A stretch of 20,000 nt of DNA from Balamuthia mandrillaris (Eukaryota): positions 174,816 to 194,815 of the forward strand of contig JAVKOQ020000081.1 in the NCBI GenBank assembly GCA_031835245.2, in the 5' to 3' direction. Both the position numbers and the translations under genes were made by a program. The notes under the pieces were generated by a model. That model searched no databases. It was not told the origin of the DNA and worked only from the letters and a program-made list of their open reading frames with translations. Positions within the stretch are counted from its first letter, which is position 1, and each line of letters opens with the position of its first letter. Positions 10,700 to 20,000 of this stretch are shown here, piece by piece.

Positions 10700-13600
10700 G
10701 TACGTATTGTTTTTTGATTTGATGTTTTGATTTCTAATGTTATTTTTAATTGTCTTGTCAGGAAGGAAAAGGTGAGTCTGGAGAGGATGCTGGCTCCTCC
10801 ACCCCTGCTGCTTCGGGCCAGCAGCAGTCCTCCTCTGGTTCTGCTGCTGCTTCTTCCTCCACCGCCGCGGCCGGTGCTTCCGCTTCTACCGATACCTCCC
10901 AGCCTTCTATGATCGTAGAGGTGTGTTCTCCTTCTCCTTCTCCTTCTCCTTCTTTCTTTTCTTTTTGATCTTACTTTTGTCCGAAATAATAAAAAACAAA
11001 GGAACCTTCGTCATGGAAGGAGTTGGTAGAAGCGTTAGCAGAAGCCGCCACCGAGGAAGAAAAAGCGGCATTGTTCTTTGCGGAGGACCGCTCCTCCCTT
11101 TTAGTCCCTCTCGCTTCCTTGCTGGCTTCGTTCCCGCTCTGTTCTCCCAGCGATGCCCAGTCACCTCTCAGTCCTGAGCAACTGTCCTGCATACTTGTCA
11201 TTTTGGAGGCGCTCGCCCACCACATTGCAGCTTGCGATTGGAAGTCATGTTCGTACCTCTCTTTTCTCACCCGCTCTTCCTCCATCTGTCTCTACCTTTC
11301 TTTATTCCTCTCTCGCTCATTCTTTGGTGTCGATACAGCTAAAAGCAACAAAGCGCCCTCTCTGTTCTCTGAAAAAGAGAGCAACAATATTGACGACAAT
11401 GTTTTGAAGAACAACCTCAGTGTTGTAAAGAAGACCTGCAAAGGCATGCTGAAGCTTCTGTTGTGTGTTCTGGCCACCACAAATAACAACAAACAAGAAG
11501 ACGGATCATCACAGACTACACATGACAAGGACACCAGGGATACAATCTTACGGATCTTTAAATGCCTTTTGCAAGGCAAAACTGACAAGTCTTCGGTGGC
11601 CACAGTTTCTGCCCTTGTTATCTCTCTTTCTCCTTCTCAACTGGCTTCTCTGCCTCCGCTTTCTGTAGACGAGGAGGAAGATGTGATGGGCAAGTCGGTT
11701 CCCAAAGAGTCTTCCGGCGCCTCGTCATCTACTTCCTCCTTGTTGAAGGATGAAAAGGAAGGGGATAACGACATGATCACCATTATAGAACGATTTTTGC
11801 GCCCAGACGTTCAGCTTTCATCTGTTGGAGAAAGAAAGAACACTCTGCGTAAATCTTTGCAGTTGCCATCGTCGGCTGCTGCACTGCAACCTACCCTCCT
11901 CCAGTCCAATGCTCGGCACTTTTTCAACTTCTTTGGAGGTTTCTTGCTTCCCTTCTTCTGTTCTCTAGTTGTTCTCTTGATCGGCTAACTGAAATCATTT
12001 TTTTTTTCTTTGCATCAGTTTCGGTTATGGCTTCGTTGTGTGGCTCGCTGATTCTCGGTCTGGAAGGGAACATCGAAGATGAGAAGGGATATATGGACTT
12101 GAGCGAACGTATCAGCTTTGTGAAGGAAACGCTCAATCTGCTATTGTCTCCATCTCTCCATTCTCCTCCCATACGTACGTATTCTGTCTTTTTTTTGGTC
12201 ATCTCATTATGACAAAAGCCAATCATGTGCATTTCTTATTTTATGCTGTTAATACAGACATAAAAGACTGGAGCGCACTTGCATGGTGCCTGCACCTTCT
12301 CCATCGTGTTCTCCAAACCCATCGAGCGGAGCACCGTTATTTAGAACGACTGGAACCTGCTCGACAAAAATCAACAAAGCTTCTTGTAGATCGTTTGGTG
12401 CGTTTCCCTAAATCAACCAAATCCCAAACTGCAACGTTTATTCTAACCGTATCGCGTTTTTCTTGATTTGCTTATTGGATTTTCTTTTTTGGTGCATTAG
12501 TTGATTGAGAGTGTGCTCACTCTTATCTCCCGCCTGCAAGCGGGACACCCAACAGACGTTGATGTAATCACTAATGCACGTGTATTGGTCATTCATACCA
12601 TCCTGCACACCATCAACTCCCATCGCATCTCTCTCCAAAACTTATTAGAACATGGGGTTACATTAGAAACGTGAGACTGCTTTTTTTTTCTCACTTATGT
12701 GTTTCTTCTTTTGCTTTTGCATTAATTCTCGTAATCTATATAGCGAACAACGCTCCTATAGCCTGCTCTCTTTGACTTGGCTTGCTTTAGACCTTATCTC
12801 GGTGCATTTGGAACAAACCAACAACAAGTCCTCCTCACTGAAATCGGCTCTTCCAGAAACAGAAGCTACTACTCTTCCGCCTTATCTTCAGGGCCAACAG
12901 GTGCCGTCTACCTCCTTTTCTCTGCAACAACAGACGGACAAACCAGAAGTTAGCCTTGATTGTCTCAAATCCTACGACCCGGAAACGCTTTTCCAGTTCA
13001 TTTTTGGTCAAAGTGATGATTCCAATTTTCTTAACTCTATTTTTGCCCTTCTTGTAGTTTGTTTCGTTTCCGTACGTTCTTCCGTTTATATTTTTTGATC
13101 TTCTTTTGTTGATGGATATACTAAACCCAATATACGAAAATAGTGCACAGTCAAACCTGTTGAAGAGTCTTCAAAATCCTATTCGCCTGTTTATTCCCCA
13201 ACCTCGCCCAGCTACTCCCCTACCTCTCCTCGCTATTCTCCTGCCTCTCCTCGCTATTCCCCTGCCTCTCCTCGCTATTCCCCTGCTTCTCCAACCTACT
13301 CCCCTTCGTCCTCTCTTTTTGATGATGACGAGCCTATTGCTAGCTCCACTGCCACTTCTACTTCTGCTCCTCCTCCTTCTTCCGCTTCTGCTCCGTCTGA
13401 AACTGCTACAGAGTCCGCTTCGGATAGACGAAGAAGCGCCATTCTTAAACTTTTCAATACAATGCGTCTCTCTGGACGTGTTGCCTCCTCTTCTTCTTTA
13501 TCCTCTGCACCGCAAGAGGCGGAGGTTAAGAAGACGGAAAAAGAAAAAGAAGAGGAAGAGGAAAATGATGACGAAATTCTTCCCTGTTGGTTTGGAGAGG

Positions 13601-16600
13601 AGGAAGACGAAGAAGAGGAAGAACCAGTCAAGCGGAAGGAAAGCGAAAGCGGAAGCCACAAATCCCTCCGATCATCACGCTCAAGAACCTCTTCTTCCTC
13701 ATCTTCTCCTTCCTCTTCTTTCTCTTTATGCGCCTTTTGTGAACAGGTTTTCCAATTCTTCACCACCAATTTGTTGAACAACGAAACTGCTTTCAGCCAT
13801 TACTTCCAGTACGTTTTTTTTGTTTTGGATTCCGAGTTTTCTAGTTGTTTCTTTATGCTAACCCTAAACCTCTTATTTTCTTTTTTAGGGCTACTTTTGC
13901 GAACAACACGAATTACATTGATTCAGTTTTGATGATGGCTGAACATGCCTCGCCCGCCTCCCCAGCTTTGGAGGAGAGCCCATCCCACAGCCGCCGTGTT
14001 GTGGATGAGGACCTCTTACGTGCTTTCCAAACGTTTGTCCACCATTTGATCGTTCAAGGCTTCCTTTCAGAGGTGACCCAGCAATACATTGCCACTCGGC
14101 TTGGATTATCGGCAGCAACACCAAGCGATAGTGGGTATCCGATGTTTATGCCGGCTCAGCATCTCTTCATCTTGGCGCGCATGTTGCTCAAACGACAAAG
14201 CTCTGTTGCTCCTTCTGGAGACGAAGACTCGCTTAGTGCAAAGCTTTGGGACGCTTTCTTGACTTCCTTTAATTCAGCTCTATTAACCTCTGAGCAGAGG
14301 GATGAGGTTGGTTTTCATATCTCGTTTCTCTCGCTCTCTCGTTATTCTTTCTCTTCCCTCTCATGTAATCATGTATTTTGTTTTGACTAATGTTTTTTTG
14401 GCTTGACGACAGACCAAACTCTATATCAACATTGAGCATTTGGAAGTCCTTCTCTTTGTGTTCCATAGTTTGTCCACACAAACTCGCTCTAGGCTGTTCA
14501 ACAAATGTTTGGAAATTGTGAGCAATACCCAGCAACTGCCCTCCGCACTTAGTCCCTATAAACTGCTTTTGCTTGGCAGATTAGTGCAACTCGTAGAATG
14601 TACGTTGTTCTCGTTTCTCTCCCTCACTTGTTATTCTTTCTCTCCCTCCTCTCTTCCCCTCTCTCTCACTCTCCCATTACTCATCATAACTTTGAGATAG
14701 ACATGTGCCTTCATTTCGAGGGACCATCTCAGCACCTCATTGGAAAATTGGAAAGAACTTTGTTCTCTACTTCTGCCATTCCCTCCGGCAGTGGAAGCCA
14801 TCAAAGCGCGGATTGGTTCAAATACGAGCTACGAAGCCGAAGCGATTTGGACGATCGAGATGCATCCTTCTCTTCCGCTGCCAAGTCTTTGTTGGTCAAT
14901 CCATCAACCGGTTCTTACGACACTTTGTTCAACTTGTTCGCTAAACTGCTTTCCTACGAGGGTGTTCTTCCCCCTCAAGCCACCATCGACGATCGCTCCC
15001 TGGATGAGCAAGAGATTTCCTCCATTAACGATCATTACTTTTCTGTTTGCTGGCGATTCGTTTGTGCTCTTCCCTTTTCACCCTCCTTCCAACACTGGTT
15101 GGGATCTCCTGAGAGCGAGACCCACACGCCAGCTTTTGTAACGCAGCCCTCCAATGCCACACTTCTATATCTCAATGCTTTGGCCTTCATCGTCACTTCT
15201 TCTGCTTCCACTTCTGAAGTTTCGAAGCAAACTCCACCTGGTGATGCGGAAAAAGAGAAAGAAAAGGAAAAGGAAACAGTAGCAACGTCTAAGAAACAAA
15301 AGAAGAACCTTCCGTGGTTGCCTTCGATCTCAGCCGCCCAACTGACAAACCATTTCAAGCTTTGTCTCAAGCTACTAGACAAAGTTACTGAAAGTAATGG
15401 TGCATATTCTTACCCTGTCTCTCTGCCTCTGTCTCTCTGTCTCTCTGTCTCTCTGTCTCTCTGTCTCTCTGTCTCTCTGTCTCTCTGTCTCTTGTCTCTT
15501 GTCTCTCTGTCTCTGTCTCTCTGTCTCTCTGTCTCTTTCTGTCTCTCTGTCTCTCTGTCTCTCTGTCTCTCTGTCTCTCTGTCTCTCTGTCTCTCTGTCT
15601 CTCTGTCTCTCTGTCTCTCTGTCTCTGTCTCGTTGTAAAATATTTACCGGCCTATTGCTTCCACAGCACCGCAAACAAATTTTGCTCTTTCTGGTATGAA
15701 CCGTCGCAGCGCACTTGTGGCTTGCTTCGCCTCCCTATTTCAAGCGTTAGTGCAAATTCTCCCATCCCGATTGCGCACTGCGGAACCTCAGCAGTCAGCC
15801 ACCGCCACTGCTGGTCCTCTTCGGGATGCAGCACAAGCTCTTCTTGTTGGCGAGGTCAATCAAGATTTCCAGCGACAACTTGTATCCAGCTTGTTGGCTA
15901 TCCTCTCTCGTTATGCTAGGCTTTATCGCAGTCTTTTCGTGGACGTACTCAAAGAAGACCAAAACGAGCAGAAGGAGGAGCATAGAACAAATTTGGCCAA
16001 CATGGTCTCTGGTGCTCTTTCTGCTGGAATAAGCAAAGCGAACGTGCGCAAAGCTATGAAGGTTACCTTTTATTCTGCCATCATCAGTTATTTAAACAAG
16101 AACTAACCACTTTCATGCTAAAGAAACTTGGTTATAGTGATGACGTCGCCACCATAATGTTGCATTGGGGCGGAGACCAACTCTCCACTAAGAGCAGTTC
16201 CGTGAGAACAAAGTTGTCATTGTCCTCCTCTTCCAAGGAGAAGAATAGAGAAGGAAAATTGCCTGATGATCAACACATGGTTTGTTTATTTTAGAAACGA
16301 TATGTTTTGCTCTGCTTTGCTTTGTTTTTTTGTTTTTTGAAGTGATAGTTCTAACATTTTAATGTACTCCATTTCCTCAGATTTATAAGATTGTTTTGCG
16401 TTATCCCACTGAGAACCAAAGCAGTTCTTCTGCCATGGAAAGCATACTGCGAAGCGTTATGGAGCTGATGCAAGCTGTGCACGATACTATTTCTCCCCCT
16501 TCTGAGCAAACTACAACTGTCTCCGCTGTGGACACGAAGCAAAGCGTTCAACCCATTGCAGGATTGAAGGAACAACTACTTGATTTATCCAACGACTCGC

Positions 16601-19600
16601 GCTTTGAGTTTTTGGACCATCACGCGTGGGTCACCAAAGCTTTTCAGACTTATAACCTCGACTACTCCTCTCTTAAGGTTTCTCGCTCTCTCGCTCTCAC
16701 CTTCCAATCAAGTAAATCTCATCAAGTGCTTCTCATTAAACAGGATGAGCATAAGCTTCGATGCATTCATCAATTTCTTTCAAGCATTGTGAGCCTCACA
16801 GCAGTGGATCTTAAGCGCTTCAACCCAGTCCTGAGGGAGAGTGCCGATTTTGTTAACTGTCTGTTGGATGGGATCCAAGAACATGATGGAGTTGATGCAA
16901 TGGATACCGAAGGCACAGCAGCTACAACCCCGGGCACTCCTCCTCCGCCTCCAGCTCCCGCACCTGTTGCTGTCAAGGGGAAGGAGAAAATAGCAGCATC
17001 CCAATCTTCTTCACTCTCTTCTCCTGCTACTTCTTCTGAATCCATTTGCAGAACGAAAGACGCTCTTTGCTCCGTCTATTCTGCCCCTACCAGTGTGGAT
17101 ATCTCGCAGTTCATGGCTGTTCTAGCCAACAATCATTCTTCGGTGAACACCAACGTGCTTCGCTTGCTCGTTCGTTTGGTGTCTTTCCCATTGTCGGAGA
17201 AAAGAACCTTAGCTGCTGTGCTGGTTTCTCGATTAGCAACATGGAGCGATGCCGCATTGACGTTATGGTTTAGCAGCAAACTTGCTGCCTATTCAGCAAG
17301 CTCCCTCTCCGAAGCCAAAGGCAAAGCTCCCGCGACGAGTTCGGAGGACACCAAAGAAGCCATGCAACTGGTGGAGTCTTCGACTGAAGAAGAAAGTGCT
17401 CCAAAAGGGCGATACATAGCTACTGAAGATTCCGTGAGGAACTTAACAGTACAGCTTATTGCTGCTCTGATCAACTTTGGAACAACTGAGCAAAAAGAAG
17501 AAGAAAGCGAAGATAAAGCGGAGATGATAGGATTTTCACAGAGATTGTTCTCCTTGCTGCTTTCACAACTGGCTCCTGCCTTCCTGGAATGGGGAGTAAT
17601 GCTGAAAGAGTACCTCTACACGCTGTGGATGCTCTCCTCCAACGCCAATAAAGGACTCACGGAGGAAGTACGACAATCCCAACGAAACGCCTTTGTCTCG
17701 GCCATTCTCTCTCTGATGAGCTCTCCTTCCGTCACAAAGCTTCCATCTCTCACCACAGCTCAGCTACATTCTGTGCATTTGTTGCTACACTTTTTGGGCG
17801 GAACATTGGAGCAATGCGTGCCTCACTCTGTGCTAAGCGCGGAGGGACGAGCATCCTCCGCAGTCTCTTACCTCGCTGAGGCTGGTGATTCGTCAGCGCA
17901 ACAAAAGCAATTGCTCATGAAGAAGAAGAAGAAAAAGCAGAGGCAGAAGACGCAAAAGGAACAAGCACAGAAAGAACGGGAGGCGCGTGCTCTGGCTTCC
18001 ACTCTGTGCACCTACACCTCCACAGGCTCCAACTTTGAAGACCAACATTGGTACTACTGTTACACTTGCAAGCTTACCTTTACGGAGGGTTGCTGCTCCG
18101 TTTGTGTGAAGGTCTGCCATCAAGGCCACGATGTGTCCTACTCTCGTAAGAGCAGTTTCTTCTGCGATTGTGGGGCTGGGGCGTGCGCTGCCATCACTCC
18201 ATGTCGTGCTCTCCAACCAAGACCTTATGTTCCCCCTACAACAACAACTTCATCTGATGCCAATGACTCTTCTTCATCACCGTCTTCTTCGCCTTCTTCT
18301 GCTCTGTCTCACCTTCACGAACAGCAACCAGTGACGAAGATAGACAAGGCAACATTACTTCAGCTGCGGCAACAGCAACTTCCTGCAACCATTTTTGCTC
18401 TTTACCGTCAACTTCACGCCCTGTTAAAGCAACAGACGGAGAACGACCAACAGCAATTGTCGGCGTCTTCCTCTGGGAAAGACTTTTTCTCTTCCAAGAA
18501 GAGCATCGTCTTCATCGACAAAAGCCTTAGGGGTACTTCTGGCACCATCCAACACAAGAGCGTTGGCGAGTTCAAGTTGGCTAGCTCCATCCGCGCGGGC
18601 GCCTTTGATACCAAGCTGAGAATGAAGAGCAGCGACAACAGTAAACACCTCAAGACCCTCATCCAAGCAGGCGCTTTGACAAGGAGCGCCCTCGCCATGA
18701 ACGGCATGGGTCACGTGGCCATTGCTGAGGGCAACTTTGTTACTGTATTGGATGCTCCTCAGTTGTTACGAAAAGACAGCCCCAAACCTCCTTCCACGGA
18801 GCAGGTGTTGGACCCGAGCAGTGCCCATACGTTGTTGTCCAAGACGGAGATGCCTCATGAAGTGGTGTCCCTTGTGTTTAACCCGTTCATGTTGCATCAT
18901 CACAATTCCTTCCTTGCAGTGGCTGGTTTGCGAGGTTGTGTTGTTCTCACTTTGAATTCACGGTACGAATTCTCTCTCTCTCTCTCTCTCTCATTTAGTT
19001 TAACAATGATTGTGTTTGGTGTGATAGGGGTGAGGTAAAGGAAGAGCTGGAAATTCCTCTGGGTCTTGAGTTTGGTGGCAACGACGTTTATGTCTTGCAA
19101 GTGCAATGGGTACCCGGCGCTGAGGTCAAGCTCGCCATCATCACCAACCGCTGGATTAAAATTTACGATCTCGCCAAAGATTCAATCAGCCCTACCCACT
19201 ACTTCACTCTCTTGGAAGATACTGTGTTGGGGGATGGAGTGACTTTCCTCACCAACCCGAAGAGTGGCATCACGACCATGCTTGTTCTTTCCGCCTCTGG
19301 TTTGTTGTACAGACAACAATTGTTTGAGGGAGCGGACGGCGATGAAGGAGCTTGCATTCTAACCGAGACCATTCAAGTGCCGGCCTATCTCAAAGGCAGC
19401 CGTGGAGCCTCTGCCCATTACTCTCCTCACATGCGCCTGCTCTTCTGCACGTATCATGACGGTGATGGTAATGGCAAGCAAAAGAGCTTTGGTGGCCGCT
19501 TGGACGAGTCCCACTCAACTCTTGTTGGGGCATTCCCCTTGCCCTCTGCTGCTTCCGCTTCTTCTTTGACCAACAGTCGCAGCAATAGCAGCAGCGGTAG

Positions 19601-20000
19601 ATCATCTACCTCCTCCTCCTCAGGAGATCGCCCTCTGCCCTACAATCATTGGGTGGACACTCCCGCTCACCAGCAATTGGGACCCAATGCAGGGGGAACA
19701 CCGTGCGCCAGCCTTTTGGCCCTCACCCGCAAAGCTACCACCGCTCTGCACGTGAGCGTTCTGCCCGATGCCATTTACGTGCAAACCCTGAGAGCGGCTT
19801 CTCCCTCCTCCGCCTTCTCTCCGCTGAGGCGTATCGAAGGCCTCTGCACCTACTCGCAGGTGCCAGCGGCGGAAAATAACTTGGGCAATCCCTCTCACTC
19901 TGCTCTCATCCTTTTGGACGATGGTAGCTTGCATCGTTGGGACTTAGTGCCCGCTGCTGTTGGTGCTGGAGCATCCGGTACCCCGGAGAAAGTCCCTTCA
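10646..20000 (+). CDS. UBR4: UBR4/BIG/p600-like giant N-recognin E3 ubiquitin ligase, 3'-truncated by the window edge; exons 10646-10699, 10762-10920, 11002-11248, 11339-11938, 12019-12174, 12258-12397, 12501-12670, 12744-13071, 13144-13808, 13889-14306, 14413-14599, 14701-15399, 15667-16061, 16124-16279, 16381-18962, 19028->20000
   Basis: UBR box [21 protein letters not shown]...[18 protein letters not shown]...FFCDCGAG. Downstream beta-propeller motifs typical of UBR4/[61 protein letters not shown]. Upstream UBR4-like segment [16 protein letters not shown]...[13 protein letters not shown]. Exon phases are consistent over about 2643 codons. A few donors (13072, 15400) have nearby in-phase alternatives. 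Confidence 0.92.
13180..13317 (+). repeat. Coding 21-nt tandem repeat encoding RNA Pol II CTD-like heptads: [46 protein letters not shown]
   Basis: Direct translation from the acceptor at 13141-13143 (TAG|TGC ACA GTC...). This frame is continuous with ORF 13462..13932 and with the spliced UBR4 frame. Confidence 0.9.
15415..15631. repeat. Intronic CT/CTGT compound microsatellite with ~18-nt higher-order period
   Basis: CTCTGTCTCTCTGTCTCT-type units fill UBR4 intron 15400-15666. Confidence 0.9.
18007..18180 (+). other. UBR-box zinc finger (N-degron recognition domain) of the UBR4 homolog
   Basis: Cys/His pattern C...HWYYCYTC...[13 protein letters not shown]...FFCDCG in the 16396..19038 ORF. 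Confidence 0.95.

Noticed and set aside
13180..13317. Possibility that the heptads are an RPB1 gene fragment
   Set aside because: There are no Pol II catalytic motifs nearby, and the repeat lies inside an exon that is in phase with UBR4 exons on both sides.
1857..13317. Functional link between the PP2C phosphatase and the CTD-like heptads of neighbouring UBR4
   Set aside because: Adjacency in a gene-dense eukaryotic genome is weak evidence, and the main known CTD phosphatases (FCP1/SCP, Ssu72) are not PP2C-type.
13106..13777. 223-aa ORF with LPLLAI repeats resembling a membrane protein
   Set aside because: It is an off-frame reading of the YSPxSPx heptad exon. The splice-consistent UBR4 frame explains the region.
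15375..15699. Repetitive ORFs (RDRETERQ / SLSLCLSV) and a possible CRISPR-like or telomeric array
   Set aside because: Simple CT/GT microsatellite inside a GT-AG intron, with no unique spacers.

Overview
Gene-dense, intron-rich eukaryotic genomic DNA. Short GT-AG introns filled with CT/GA microsatellites and the gene content suggest an amoebozoan-like protist (inference only). Four protein-coding genes can be rebuilt exon by exon with consistent reading phase: (1) the 3' part of a mitochondrial ribosomal protein uL3 with a long acidic C-terminal extension (+, <1-1492); (2) a PPM/PP2C-type phosphatase with a probable C-terminal ubiquitin-like domain (+, 1857-5135); (3) a ~1065-aa tandem AAA+ ATPase of the bacterial-like (Afp15/Pvc15-, COG0464-like) type with a duplicated N-terminal module (-, 9948-5554); (4) the 5' ~2640 codons of a giant UBR4/BIG/p600 N-recognin E3 ligase (+, 10646->20000), head-to-head with gene 3. 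The top finding is not shown by the ORF track: an in-frame array of RNA polymerase II CTD-like heptads ([35 protein letters not shown]) inside the UBR4 homolog. That protein also has a UIM-like N-terminus and a poly-Lys tract just before its UBR box. All gene models are manual readings without transcript evidence.
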